This document shows, piece after piece, positions 13,848 through 28,189 of a stretch of DNA of 64,000 nt. The stretch comes from Octopus sinensis (taxonomy: Eukaryota), in NCBI RefSeq assembly GCF_006345805.1, contig NC_043004.1, positions 102,362,001 through 102,426,000 of the forward strand, given 5' to 3'. A program made the position numbers and the translations under genes. Each line of letters opens with the position of its first letter. Positions within the stretch are counted from its first letter, which is position 1. The notes under the pieces were generated by a model. It saw only the letters and a program-made list of their open reading frames with translations. It was not told where the DNA came from and did not search any database.

Positions 13848-14230
13848 TATATATATATATATGACACACATGTATATGTTATAAATATATATTAATATTT
13901 ATATATATATCTATAATATACATATGAATAACATATGAGTATAAAATATATATTATAGATATATGTGTATATTATATATATATATATATATATAATATAT
14001 ATATATATATACATATATAATATATATATATATATATATATGCACATTCACACATACATACAGACACACAAGATAAATGTATTACATATATATACATTAA
14101 GAACTGTGTATATATGTATGTTCTTGCGGACGTATATACGCTTATATAAAACGTTTGCATATACGTTTATATATACGCATACATATGAATAAAACATACA
14201 AGTATATACATATGTGTGTATGTATGTGAG

Positions 14231-14289
<59 letters not shown>

Positions 14290-14426
14290 ATGCACACAGA
14301 CACAAACACACACACACATAGACGTACATACATAATATGTGTGTAACAGAGAGAGGGAGCGTGAGATTGAAGGAGGGAGAGAGAGGTGTGTGTGAGTGTT
14401 TGTGTGTGTGTGTGTATGTGTGTGTG

Positions 14427-14475
<49 letters not shown>
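13030..14475. repeat. Compound (GTAT)n/(AT)n/(GT)n/(GA)n microsatellite block
   Basis: Direct inspection. Confidence 0.95.
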
Positions 14476-14476
<1 letters not shown>

Positions 14477-14891
14477 ATCATCAATAGCGACGACAATAAG
14501 AGAAAACGGCATCGTTTGATTATAAAACTGATAAAAATCAGTTTGTAAAGAGATCGGTCGATGGGAAGGGTAGCGTTCATTTTACCGTGTTTTATTCCTT
14601 GAAGCATAATTTTCTTTAATAATATATCTAATATGCTTTCTGTTAATTTCCGTAACAGTTTTCTCTTTATGTCTCCCTTTTCATGTCGTCGTTCGTGTTC
14701 TTGTTGTTCTTCGAGTGCTTGTTGTTGTTGTTGTTGTTGTCACCAATCGATCTTTAGCGATGCCGCCTTCATATTTTCCTCTTTTCTTTTTCACGCAGCA
14801 AGCTCTTTAGATTGGACTTGTTTGTGTTCATGTTCCCCTTCCTCCTTCATTCTCTCTCTCTCTCTCTCTTACCTTCTCTTTCTCTCTCACC

Positions 14892-14961
<70 letters not shown>

Positions 14962-15419
14962 GTCTATCTGTCTATCTCTTAGTTTATGCATGTGCGTGTG
15001 TCCGTGTGGGAGTCCGTGGACGCATCCGCGCCAGTGCTTGCGCGGGTGGACGCACACACGCACCCACACAGACACACACGTATATGTGATATATAAGTGT
15101 GTGTGTGTATGTGTGTATGTGTGTATGTGAGTGCGTGTGTGTGTGCGCGCGCACACACACATGATTTCTTAATATTAAATAACAGATATCGAATAGTGAA
15201 AGATAAACAACTGAATATTTCATATCATAGTAGTAAGAGCTGAAGATATTACTCACACACAGACACACACAGGCACACACACCCACGCATACACACACAT
15301 GCACAAACACACACATACACTTACATACACCCACACGCCCACGCACACATACACATACCCCCCACACACATACACATGCACATCTACTCATACACGCACA
15401 CACGCACATCCACACCGTC

Positions 15420-16382
15420 CTCATGGTAGGAATGGTAATGGTGGTGATGCTGGTCCTTATGATGATCAGTTACGGCAGTGATGGTGGTGGTGATGGGGAC
15501 GATGGTGGTGGCGGCAGCGGTGGTGGTGGTGGTGGTGGTGGTGGTGGTGGTGGTGGTGGTGGTGGTGGTGACGATGGTGGTGGTGGTGGTGGTGATGGTG
15601 GTGGTGGTGACGATGGTGGTGGCGGCGGTGGTGGTGACGTCGGTGGTGGTGGCGGTGGTGATGGGTGGTGTTGGTGGTGGTGGCGGTGGTCGTGGTGGTA
15701 TTGGTGGTGGTGGTGGTAGTGGTGACGATGGTGGGGTGGTGGTAGTGGTGACGATGGTGGTGGCGGCGGTGGTGGTGACGTCGGTGGTGGTGACGTCGGT
15801 GGTGGTGGCGGCGGCGGTGGTGGTGGTGGTGGTGGTTGTGATGGTATTGTCTCTGGTAGTGGTTTTGGTACCGGTCATAGTGCTGGTGGTAGCACCGGCT
15901 GTAGCGATTATGGTTACGTCGTTGCCATTGTTGTTGTTGTTGTTGTTTAAGCTCCACATCAACCCTGAGGGAGCAGACCTATGATCAAATGCATTCCAAT
16001 GGTGACCACTCCGTCCTTTTAAGGGATGTCCTTAGGCCTACATTTATTGCATAAGAAAAAAAACTGGGGTGGCAGCGGCGGCGGTGACGGTGGTGGTAGT
16101 AGGGTGTGGGTAGTGGAAGTGGTGGTGGTGGTGGTGGTGGTGGATTTGGTGTTTGTGGCGGCAGTGGTGGCGGCAGTGGTGGCGGCGGTGGCGACAGTGT
16201 TGCTGTTGTTGTTGTTGTGGTGGTGGTGGTGGTGTTGGTGTTGGTGGTGGTGGTAGTGGTGGTGGTGGTGGTAGTGGTGGTGGTGGTTATGGTGGTAGTG
16301 GTGGTGGTGGTTGTGGTGGTAGTGGTGGTTGTGGTGGTAGTGGTGGTGGTGGCGGCGGTGGTGGTGGTGGTGGTGGTGGTGA
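15420..16382. repeat. (GGT)n-based cryptic trinucleotide repeat block
   Basis: Direct inspection. Source of the poly-G/V/H/T ORFs. Confidence 0.9.
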
Positions 16383-16471
16383 AGACGGGGAGAAAGCGTG
16401 GGAGTATTTTATGTGAAGTCGGCTAATTATTAAACATCGGCGACGCAGAACCAGAAGAATACATCATAAAC

Positions 16472-16502
<31 letters not shown>

Positions 16503-16754
16503 CTTCTTCTTCTTCTTCCTTCCTTCCTTCCTTCCTTCCTTCTCGTCCCCCCCCCCTTCTTTTATTCTTTCTTCAAAACTCCGCCGAGGTGAAAATGGGA
16601 AACTCCCGACGTTCTCTTTGAAATGAGTCTCATTCATTCAATATTTCTCAACCACGAATGTTATATTCACTCCCACCCACTTAACTTGCTCGTTATTTAG
16701 TTTACATCACATATGAAACTCTGAGCTTCATGTGCTTTGTGTGCGCGCGAACGT

Positions 16755-16795
<41 letters not shown>

Positions 16796-16943
16796 CCTGT
16801 GCGTGCCTGTGTGTGTCTGTGTGTGTGTGTGTGTTAACTCGGCGGCCACACATATTTAAATATGATTTACTAGCAGCATGCACTCTGCTTTTGTTCTTTT
16901 TTAGATAGCCGTGTATCTGTGAGCGGTCAGACACCCTCACAAT

Positions 16944-17157
16944 TCTTTTCTATTCTAGGCACAAGGCCTGAAATTTGTGGGAAGGCGATAATCAATTACA
17001 TCGACACCAGTGCTCAATTGGTACTTATTTCATCGATCCCGAAAGGATAAAAGGCAAAGTTGACCTTGGCGGAATTTGAACTCAGAACGTAAAGACGGAC
17101 GAAATACCTCTAAGCATTTTGCCCGGCGTGCTAACGATTCTGCCAACTCGCCACCTT
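16944..17157 (-). mobile_element. SINE family B with an alternative 3' tail
   Basis: 15-bp TSD AGACACCCTCACAAT at 16929-16943 and 17158-17172. Head/central motif as in family B, but the tail (ttctaggcacaaggcctgaaatt) differs. Confidence 0.88.
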
Positions 17158-17221
17158 AGACACCCTCACAATCGTTTTGGTTTCGTTGGATCTTAAAGAC
17201 GTGGTAACCATAGAGTGAGTG

Positions 17222-17257
<36 letters not shown>

Positions 17258-17402
17258 CGGGCGGTGGGGTTACACTCCACTTTATCCAACTTGGCTGGAC
17301 GAAAACCAAAGTTAATCGAAGGATTTGGAATTCGAACCGAAAGAACGCGAACCTCAAGTCATTTAATCCGGCACGCTTTGGTCAGCATTATGCTTTTTAA
17401 AT

Positions 17403-17811
17403 ACTCTTTTACTCTTTTACTCTTTTACTTGTTTCAGTCATTTGACTGCGGCCATGCCGGAGCACCGCCTTTAGTCGAGCAAATCGACCCCGGGACTTTG
17501 TAAGCCCAGTACTTATTCTATCGGTCACTTTTGCCGAACCGCTAAGTGACGGGGACGTAAATACACCAGCATCGGTTGTCAAGCAATGCTAAGGGGACAA
17601 ACACAAACACACACACATACACATATATACATATATATACATATATACGACAGGCTTCTTTCAGTTTCCGTCTACCAAATCCACTCACAAGGCATTGGTC
17701 GGCCCGGGGCTATAGCAGAAGACACTTGCCCAAGGTGCCACGCAGTGGGACTGAACCCGGAACCATGTGGTTGGTAAGCAAGAAACTTACCACACAGCCA
17801 CTCCTACGCCT
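17403..17811 (-). mobile_element. SINE family A, full length
   Basis: Near-identical to the 2228, 49335 and 55056 copies. Confidence 0.9.
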
Positions 17812-18885
17812 ATACTATTAGCTAAATGTATGAAAAATAATTATTATTGGTGCAGTAAAAAAAAAATGTCGCTGAGTTACAGAGGCCGAGTAATATGCAA
17901 ACTTTTGAAAATGGACAATATACAGAGAAAAAGAGTTAGGGCTTAGCCCCTCTTCATATGCACGTGCTTTGAGTGTTTTGAAGATTGAGGACGATGTGAA
18001 AACGCAGGCAAAAATACAAGAAAGCTTGTCTCCGTCGAATCATTGCGCGTTGCACGACCTCTGTCTATCTACAAATGCCGCTCTTCAAAAAAATGCTCTT
18101 CACTAGAAAATAAGGCGAATTCAACACGCTCAAATATACTCTCATTGAAAACTATTTATAAATATATTTTAAGAACCGTTTTCCATATTCTTTTTCTCTA
18201 AAATATTTTTAAAATTCGTTAATCGGAGTAGTTGGTCTTTTTGAGCTAAGCTGGATGTTCCTGTATATAAAGAGCAGCAAACAATACATTTGCTGGCGAA
18301 TGTTTAGGCTTACAAAGGTGGGATTATTTTAGTATACGCAAGTGAAGAAGAGAGAATTGCAATAAAGGCGTGTGCGTTTATTTTCAAAAGGTTCCTTTAC
18401 ACTAAAACCTGAAGGGCGTACGCTGTGGTATTTCGTCTCGGAGAAAAAAAAAATTCTCTATTGACTTTGTATGTAAAAACATATCGAACCGAACTCCAAG
18501 CAACGTCACCAGTGTCATTGCTTCGGTGAGATTTCGCCTCTTCAGTTACAGATACCGTCTCGGTCATTTGGAGTTCAGCATTTGAGGATAGTGGGACCTA
18601 GACTATTAGCAGTCAAATTTAATAATCATGTTAGATTTGACCTTGCCTTCAAGTTTAGAATTAGCGGCTTGTTCTACTATAACTAAAACAATTGTAAATA
18701 TTGTAAGGTAAAATGGTTGACGATAATTTCTTTTTTGCTCATAATTCAACAATGTTAACAAAACGCCATTTCACCATGTTACTTATTGGGAAAATTGAGA
18801 AATAAATTTCGTTTTTGGATTTGGTTTGCAAGATTCTTTATGTGAGTTCTGTTGTGTCTGGGGAGAGTCATTTTCTTTTTGTACC

Positions 18886-19018
18886 TTATAATTTAACACA
18901 CACACCGATAACATTTTACCGGTGATTACTGAAAAGGTTGCAAGACGCAATGAAAATTTTAGGAAAATAAAAATAAGAAATAAGTGGAAATTTTACCGGT
19001 GAGTGTGTTAAATTATAA
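18886..19018. mobile_element. Small TIR element (MITE-like)
   Basis: ttataatttaacacacacaccg / cggtgagtgtgttaaattataa inverted termini. A related end sequence occurs at ~49190-49240. Confidence 0.55.
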
Positions 19019-19359
19019 AGTGAGAAATAAATATTTTGAAATAAGTGCGATATGAATTATTATTGATATTTTCTTTTTAGAACCAACATTGAACTGTTCG
19101 CTGGATCTGCGGGTTCAAGTCCAACTACATACACCCATTGTTTGATAGGAAAATAAGGATTTGTTAAAGCGTTCCCAGTTTAGACAGGTTATGACATCGA
19201 TTTCGTTCTGTTCTTTGGTTGAGGCTGTTTGAAGCTTTTAATATTTACATTATTCTTTCTGAATATTTTCAAAAAGTTTAATAATTTAGCCACCGTGGAA
19301 AGATGAAGGGAAGTGAACCAGTATATTTTCATGGAAACACTAATTTGCAATTACACAAA

Positions 19360-19855
19360 CAGAAAAATGGAGAGAGAGAGAAGGGAGAGAGGGAGGGGAG
19401 AAAGGAAAGGGGGAGGAAGAGAGAAGTAGAAGATGGAAAGGAAAGGGAAAGGGAAAAGAAAGGGAGAGAGGGAAAGATAGGGAAAGAGAGAGAGAGGATT
19501 ACATTGGGAAGGTAAAGGGAAGAGGGAGGGAAAGAGAGAGAGAGAGGAGAAGGTGAAGGAAGGGGAGGAAAGGGTAGGAGGGAGAGATAGAAGAGATAGA
19601 AGAGGATATATAGGAAGAGTAGAGAGGGGGCAGAGAAGGAGGAGGAAGAAGAGGAAGCAGAAGAGGAGGATGAGGAGGGAGAGAAGCGATAGGAGAGAAG
19701 CGATAGGAGAGAGGGAGAGGAGAAAAAAACAGAAGGAAAGGAAAGAGAGAAAGGGAGGGGAGAAAAGACAGAAGGAAGGGAAAAAGAGAGAGAGAGGGAG
19801 GGGATAAAAGTGAGAAGGAAGGGAAACAGAGAGGGAAGGAGGGGAGAGAGGCATA
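19360..19855. repeat. ~500-bp polypurine (GA-rich) low-complexity tract
   Basis: Almost exclusively G/A on the plus strand. Confidence 0.9.
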
Positions 19856-20672
19856 ATATATTAACTGAGCACAATTGACATGAACACTTTCTGTCTCATC
19901 ATTCACAGAGAAATATGCTTTCACACATAAGCAGAGGGAGGGGCAGACAGACTGACAGACGATAGACAATCTGAGGTAAGTAGGGAAAGAGGGAGGAAGG
20001 GAGGGAGAAAAGGAGAGCGAAAGGGAGAGAGCGAGCGATGGAAACATGAAAATGGCTATCGTCAAATAAGTCAACGTCGAATCAGCGACGCCGAGTAAGC
20101 GGCGCCATAAGGGCTGTGCCAAAACATCTCATACTCTTTATGTATATATCTCTTTCTAGAACATGTTCGGCCCTTGACGTAAAGATAAAACCAATACATA
20201 ACAATTTTTTAAGTTTGAAGAGATAGCAAATGCATAACACAAACTATAAGACTACGGATCGTACCGTTTATACAGCCTATGAAAACTTTTACACTATCTC
20301 ATGAATCAGATGCTTCAGGAAAAATAACACAAATATACATTACTAGCTGACCACGTGCCGTCAATAATGATGGTTAACTGTAGTATTTTATATATAAATA
20401 AGGTACAAAGTAAGGTGTATAATAATCACGCATACAAACATCTACATACTTCCTTTGTACAGAACACATATACGCACATATATTCACACAGAGTTGAAAC
20501 GCTGATTTTTGTTCACCCCCATCCTTCCTTATTCATCTATCACCCCTTCCTTTCTCCCATTGTTATTACTTTCTCTCAATCCCTCTCAGTCAGGGCTATT
20601 ACTCTCACTACTTCTCCTTCACTGAATTACTATTTTCTCTCCTCCTCCGCGTCCAGCGTGATTCTAAACACA

Positions 20673-20733
<61 letters not shown>

Positions 20734-21515
20734 ATATATATATATATATACATATATATACATACATACATACAAATATATAAAAACACTACGCGCATTA
20801 TTATATTAGGAGATGTATTTTAATAAGCATCCAATAATCGTAGGCTTCACAGGATAATTGTGAAATTTCCGATGGTACTGCAAGTGTATATTAGTACGTT
20901 TGGTTTTGAAAATACAAGTGGAGAAATCTATAGATAATGTACAGATTTTGTAGTTTTATAGCTTTGAAGCCAAAAATAGAAAAAAATACTTCAGTATTTA
21001 CTTAAGAGCCGAGTTTTCTGAGTGAAAACACTTTACGAACTGGATTCAAAATTATTTCAGAAGCAGTATTTACAGCTTTCGATAGAAGCCATAAATACCG
21101 CTATAGTATTGATAGAAATGAATTGAATCTACTTAAAATAACAGTTAACATTACGTGATTGCACTACATAAATTTGAAAAGTATATCCAAACAGTTTATT
21201 CGTTGTGAGGTGAAATGGCCTACCATCATATGCACATACACATGCGTGCACACACTCACACGCATACACATGCAAACTCACGTATGCATACACGCCTCCA
21301 CGAACACACATGCATACCCGCAAAGCTCAAGTGCTTACACAGACATATGAACACAGCTGATTGAATATGCACATACAATCACAGATGTGAACATATTGAA
21401 CCCATACATACGCACAAATATGCCTATAGGAACACAAATGTACCTGTATATAAGTGTGTTTTGTACGCGCACAAATGTATGTATATATTTATGTGCCTGT
21501 CTGTATATCTATCTT

Positions 21516-21581
<66 letters not shown>

Positions 21582-21599
21582 AACCTATCTATCTATCTA

Positions 21600-21690
<91 letters not shown>

Positions 21691-21708
21691 AACCTATCTA
21701 TCTATCTA

Positions 21709-21902
<194 letters not shown>

Positions 21903-22056
21903 TTATAAAATAAGGGCAAAAGAAAAATTCTAATGCCAAATATGCCGAAAAAAGACAAAATTGTCAATAACCATTATAATTTATGCGTCTCGAAACAAGC
22001 CGATAGAAATTTCTAAAAAATTCCGAAAAAGAAAAAAAATTATCCTACATTAGTTA

Positions 22057-22107
<51 letters not shown>

Positions 22108-22271
22108 CTATGGTGTATTTTGTTAAGCACGTAGCAGAGTACAGTATAAAGCTCGTCCACCTTCAGATTTCACCCTGCAACAACACACCGTGATAAACTC
22201 AGTGACTGCTATTAAATTTAGGCCACGACAGACAGAAAAGATGTTCTGTTCTTATTCTAAATCATGTCCAT

Positions 22272-22316
22272 TGTCTGGAAATCTTTCGTCACACACCTGT
22301 GACCTCCTCAGTGACA
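22272..22316 (-). ncRNA. Hammerhead-like motif, family H1, downstream of the Penelope-like GIY-YIG fragment
   Basis: UGUCA CUGAGGA G GUCAC AGGUGU GUGAC GAAA GAUUUC CAGACA. Related copies at 26159-26202 (-) and 36718-36760 (+). Confidence 0.55.
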
Positions 22317-22574
22317 CTTTCGGTCTTTGTATGTGCTCTTGCTCTGCTTATTCCATTCTGTTCTTTTATGATGTGTATCCTTATATGCGTATGCGTCTGT
22401 GTTTTGTGTGTGTGTGTATGCGTGCGCGCGCATCATTGTTCTTAGTAGTACTATGACTGTCCCTCAGCGTCGTCCCTACCCCGTTGTCGCTGCTGCTACC
22501 CTTCAAACCCAACTTTTTGTACCGTTCTTGTAACTCACTGTGTTTGTGTGTTCGCCTACGCTGCTGCCATCATG

Positions 22575-22645
<71 letters not shown>

Positions 22646-22894
22646 TGTTGTTGTTGTTGTTGTTTCTGTTGTTGTCGTTAGTCGTGTTGTTGATATTGTT
22701 ACAACCGTCTGTGAAGTTACCGTATGCGTGTTTGTGTATATATGGGTTCGCTTTCTATGTTGTTTGTATTCATGCCCTTTATAGATTTTTTTCATGTCTC
22801 TAGTTTTTTTAATTTTTATCATAGATATGTGCATAAATGTCTATTGTATGTGTATTACGCTGTTTGGATCTGTTATTTTTCCTCCCTTCAGTCT

Positions 22895-23222
22895 TTAGTC
22901 ATCATGTTGTGTGGTGTGGTAGTGGGTGTTATTGTTCCATTCGTGTTTTCTGTTGAGACTCGGTCTGTCTATTGCTATGTGAGTAGCCTCTGTGATCTGT
23001 CTAAGTGTCGCATTGATAATACTTTGACCTCTATGCTATTGACTGAGCCTCCATGTTCTGCTTGAGCATGTTGGTAGAGCACTGACGAGCTTTTCTCCTC
23101 TCTGAGCTCTCGCCAGTGTCCACCTATACGTTCTCCTATGCTGCGTGCTGTCTCTCCAATGTAAGTAGTTGTCATACTTCTGCACCGTCCTTCAGTGCAT
23201 CATAAGCTATACACTATATTTC
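22895..23222 (-). mobile_element. Penelope-like element GIY-YIG endonuclease C-terminal fragment (pseudogenised)
   Basis: NIVYSL*C...TYIGETARSIGERIGGH...SVLYQHA..EH, then after a frameshift LRQITEATHI..DRPSLNRKHEW*. These are typical PLE GIY-YIG motifs. Confidence 0.8.
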
Positions 23223-24009
23223 TAACCTTACGGGTAACGTGTAGGTTCATCCTACATACAATACAATTATATTTGTACATACATATATATACATACATAC
23301 ACATGCATACGCACACACGCATGTATGTGTCACGATAAATATATGTGTATATATATATACACACACAGACACACACATTTAAAAACATTATATATGTATC
23401 TACACACACACACACACACATATATGTTCATATATGTATTTGTGTGTGTGTGTGGGGGGGTGTCCATACACATGCTCTCACTCTCACATTGAGACGCATG
23501 TAGAAGTCATGCACACCGACATGTACTGAGACCTACACGTTCATTTGTATTCGTACTTCTGTCTGAAAACACCTCATTTAGCCCAGCATCCAACTTCCGG
23601 TCAGTCAACGGCTAACATTTACACCAAATTTACGAAGCACTTTTTACCGGAACTGCATTTTTAATTTTGTTTCTTCACATTTTTTTTCTTTTTCCAGTAT
23701 TTTCTTGTCTTTTCTCTTCTCTTATTTCATTAACAGAAGGTAATATTCGAAACGTTATGGCAATTAACTTTTTCCTTTTCCCTGAATATCAAACTAATAA
23801 TACTGATTCTGAACGAATTCGCTTTGTTTTTTATTTTTATTTATTCTTCAGTATACATGATAAAAAAAACATATACACACACGCACATACATATAAACAG
23901 ACACTCACACACAGAAGTTTTCAGAACAAATTCCTTGATATAGTCGAAGATTTGCAGTTACCTGCTTTTTGAAAACGCTTCGAAACCCACCCACCCACAT
24001 ACACATACA

Positions 24010-24076
<67 letters not shown>

Positions 24077-24183
24077 CACATATGTATATTCACACACAGG
24101 TACGTTAAAAATAGATGTCTTTAATTGCTCGAAAACTCTGTTCAAATGACGTAGAGTCAAATATCTACACTAAGATTGTTACC

Positions 24184-24560
24184 AGGCGCAGGAGTGGCTG
24201 TGTGGTAAGTACCTTGCTTACCAACCACATCGTTCCGGGTTCATTCCCACTGTGTGGCACCTTGGGCAAGTCTTCTACTATAGCCTCGGGTCGACCAAAG
24301 CCTTGTGAGTGGATTTGGTAGACGGAAACTGAAAGAAGCCCGTCGTATATATGTATATTTATATGTATGTGTGTGTATATGTTTGTGCGTCTGTGTTTGT
24401 CCCCCCCAACATCGCTTGACAACCGATGCAGGTGTGTTTACGTCCCCGTAACTTAGCGCTTCGGCAAAAGAGAAGTACTAGGCTTACAAAGAATAAGTCC
24501 TGGGGTCGATTTGCTCGACTAAAGGCGGTGCTCCAGCATGGCCGCAAAAAGTAAAAGAGT
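24184..24560 (+). mobile_element. SINE family A (second subfamily)
   Basis: aggcgcaggagtggctgtgtgg head to gtaaaagagt tail. Confidence 0.9.
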
Positions 24561-24894
24561 TACTTTGAAAGTTAGATCTTGTTAAATTTCTTCTAACCAC
24601 TTGTAGTATTTCAGTTTTTACCTGGTTGCTTTCAGATTTTCTACACTTATTTACTGTTGTATGTTGTTGACAAAAATCACATTCATTTCTCTCGAAATCA
24701 CAACTATATGCATTTAAAGTTATGTAATCTTTTAAACAACAGAAAGATTCTGTTGCTGAAATTAGGGAAGTTGCAACTTTTTGATGCCATGTGGATTAGC
24801 ACATACAACGAAGAAGAAAGCTTTACATGATGACTCAACCTGTTAGAAATAACAGCCAAATCTTCCTTCACCTTCACCACAACGTCTAAAAAAA

Positions 24895-25095
24895 CAAAAA
24901 AATGCCACATCTTTTGTAATTCAATTTCCATGTCCTTATATTTACTTAATTTGTCAAATTCCCTTACAGATTATTTTTATGAGTGGGAACACTTACATCT
25001 ATAAATGTACAAGTATTTTCTTCCATGTCTTTAATGACTATGTCTGATCGATTAGCCTGGATCGTTCTGTTGGTGTTGGCTGGAAAATGCTAGAG
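24895..25095 (-). mobile_element. Older R4/Dong-like LINE restriction-like endonuclease fragment
   Basis: Translates to TIQANRSDIVIKDMEENTCTFIDVSVP...KLSKYKDMEIELQKMW (PD..D-x-K REL motif region). Confidence 0.65.
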
Positions 25096-25097
25096 GA

Positions 25098-25149
<52 letters not shown>

Positions 25150-25960
25150 TAGTCTTATTTTTATCACGTGCTTTCACTGCACTACCGAGCGCTGCTATGT
25201 GTGCCTTGGGAATGCGCTGTGGTTTGTTGTGATGCTCTTATTTTCACTGTATTGAAAGTGTTTTACGTAGGATGTGTGCAGTGTCTAGTAGTGCTATTTT
25301 CTGTATGTTATATATACTTATAATTCCTGCTGTTATATATTTGTCTGAATGTTTTTTTCTTATCATAACTAATGCGTCTACTATGATAGGAATTGTTTCT
25401 ATTTTTAGGCTCCACATTCGAGTTATCTCTATTTCCAGATCTTTGTATTTTGAAAGTTTCTCCGTTTCTTTTAGTAAAACGTATTGATATATCGATTGGA
25501 AAGTACTTTTTCTCTTAGTGATCTCTGACTATATCCGGTCTATTGGCCTTAATTTCTCTGTCTGTGTGTAATAGCATATCCCATAGTATGGTAGCTTTCT
25601 CATTTTCTGTGGCCTTCTCTGGCGTGTGCCTATACCATCTTTTTTCTGTTGTTATTCCATAGTATTGGCATAGCTTCCAGTATATATAGGTCCCAACTCT
25701 GTCGTGTCTGTGAATATATTCCTTCTTAGCCATGACTGGGTAGCCAGATATAATATGACTTATTGTTTCTTCTAATATGAGTTATTGTTTCTTTCACATA
25801 TTCATGAGGTGTTTTTGTTGTTTTCTGGCGGGAAAGCTGTGATATTGAGCAGCAATTAAAAATCCTTCAGTCTCTGCTTTGAGTCCTCAGCTTCTCAGCC
25901 ATTGTTGAGATTTTCCTTTCTCTATTTCTTTTCTGTTTAGCTTAACCCATTCGTCTTCTT
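25098..25960 (-). mobile_element. 5'-truncated R4/Dong-clade LINE (REL endonuclease region, 3' UTR, (TAA)n tail)
   Basis: HRHDRVGTYIYWKLCQYYG...WYRHTPEK..ENEKATILWD..HTDREIKANRPDIV; KETEKLSKYKDLEIEITRMW; HILRKTLSIQ* (stop 25244-25246). (TAA)n tail at 25098-25146. Confidence 0.85.
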
Positions 25961-25987
25961 CTTATTAATTAATTAATTAATTAATTA

Positions 25988-26018
<31 letters not shown>

Positions 26019-26034
26019 TATTATTATTATTATT

Positions 26035-26084
<50 letters not shown>

Positions 26085-26108
26085 TATTATTATTATTATT
26101 ATTATTAC

Positions 26109-26155
<47 letters not shown>

Positions 26156-26158
26156 GTT

Positions 26159-26202
26159 TGTCAGAGTTCTTTCGTCGCACATTCTGTGACCTCTTCAGCG
26201 GC
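26159..26202 (-). ncRNA. Hammerhead-like motif, family H1
   Basis: GCCG CUGAAGA G GUCAC AGAAU GUGCGAC GAAA GAAC UC UGACA. Confidence 0.55.
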
Positions 26203-26861
26203 TTTCTGCCCTACGCGTTTTCTCTGTCTTTCCTATTCCATTTACCAAATATCATTTCGTGATTTCGGTAATAGATGTTTCGGATTGGATAAAATTGCAT
26301 GACTTTAAATTCCTGGTAGCTTTTTAATCATGAATTTCTAGACTTAAGAAATGCAATTTTCGTCATCAATTTTCAGCATGCAAAATTTACATCAGAATTA
26401 CATTTTTTGAAAATTTACATGTAAAAATTTGAAATACTTCGTGAGATTGGAAGAAGTTTAGTTCCACTTCGGGTTCAGTCCCTAAACTGACCAGTGCCTT
26501 GTGAGTTAATTCGGTAAGTGAAAACTGCGAGGAACCCCGTAATATGTGCGTGCGCGTGTGTGTGCGTGAGTGAGTGTGCGTGTGTATTTGTGCATGCCTT
26601 TACCTCACCACCATCGCCATCACTTGACATCTGATGTTCGATGTTGGCTTCTTTACGTCCCCATGATCTAGTGGTTCGGCAACAGAGACTGATAGAATAA
26701 GTACCAGACTTTAAAAAAAAATCTTGGGTCAATTCGTTCGACGAAACGCTTCAAGATAGTGCCCCTCAATGGCCATAATCCAATTTCTAAAAAAAAGGGT
26801 GAAAAAGTAATAAATGAAATAAGAGGAAAATTGTATGTGTATCTCTATATTTTATATTCTA

Positions 26862-27259
26862 CTAGCAGTATCGCCCGGCGTTGCTCGGGTTTGTAAGGGA
26901 AATAACTATATAAGCATTTTTAGAGAGTTATAGCCAAAAAATAGCAAAAATATGCATTAAAAATGGAAAAAAAATTATGGTAATTTTTTTTAAAAATCGT
27001 TGACTCATCGTAGATATTTTTAGAGAGTTACTTCCCTTATATAATGGCGAAAAAATGCATTAAAATGGGAAAAAATTATGGTAAATTTTTTTTTAAATCG
27101 TAGACTCATCGTAGACGCGCGTTAATACCCAGAAAGGCTCGATATGAATCACAACTATAAGATACCCGCTTTTGGTTACACTGCACCGCAAAATGTGTGA
27201 GTAGTTAGGAATCTAAATCGTAGGAGACAGACACACAACTTGACTTTTATATATAAAGA
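26862..27259 (-). mobile_element. Non-autonomous Helitron, copy 2 (variant interior)
   Basis: Same TC / hairpin-CTAG termini as 8510-8907. The interior has a duplicated segment in place of the gatgtaaag...aataataaa block. Confidence 0.88.
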
Positions 27260-28189
27260 TATAAGCTTCCATAACAATCTCTAATGATCACACACTAAAT
27301 CATGTATGGATGCTGGTCTTTAATTTTCTCCCTTTTTCCTTCGTTTTTTTTTTTTTATATCCTTCATTTTCTTCTTCATTCTTAACCTACACAAATGATA
27401 TTTTTTAACGCATGACACTTCTTCCGCACACCACACTATCTAAATATTCCGAAATCTAAAAAAAAAAAAAAAAAAAATTAATCCAGATATGCATATACGT
27501 ATCCACACACATACACACTCCTATGCACGCAGATCATAGATCATTGTCCACATCCAGTCAGAGCCACCACCTTCCATTCGCCTTTCCCAACGTCTCATCG
27601 CTCCTTACATTTATTTGATTCCTGCTATGAATTTATATATGTTTTACTCTACCTCCCTCTCTCCAATCGCTCCCTTTCCTTCTGTACCTCATCCTACCTT
27701 ATTGTTCATTCTCAGCGGTGCCTTCGATACCATCAAATATCTTCTTTCTAAATTGTTTTCTTGCTTTCTATTCTCCTGCCTTTTCAGCTTTATTGTTTCT
27801 CTTTCCTTCCTTTTTTTACTTCTTTAACAATCAGGACCCTTTGTTTTGCTTTTTCTTTTACTTTTTGTTGCATTTTCTAATGTTTTATTTCAAATATTTT
27901 TCATGCACTTTTATATGTGCTGTTTTTTTTTACATGTATATCTTTACTTTTTAATGGATACATTCTTAGTTGTGTGCATAGTTACAGGCAATTCACACGG
28001 ATATATATGTGATTATACTTATATGTTTGTATGGACGTATGTCTATGAAAATGTCTTTGAATGTGTCTACAGGACTGCGTCAACTGTATGTTGTAGAGAG
28101 GCAACCGGATGCTGTCCCCTTGAAAAATCTATAATTCAATGAAGATAGTTTCAACCAGCAACGATTTTAAGGCCGATTTTTATAGATTA

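Noticed and set aside
19909-19975. Plus-strand exon with a GAG|GTAAGT donor
   Set aside because: 67 nt of low-complexity gacag repeats with in-frame stops, lying within a purine tract. Likely chance.
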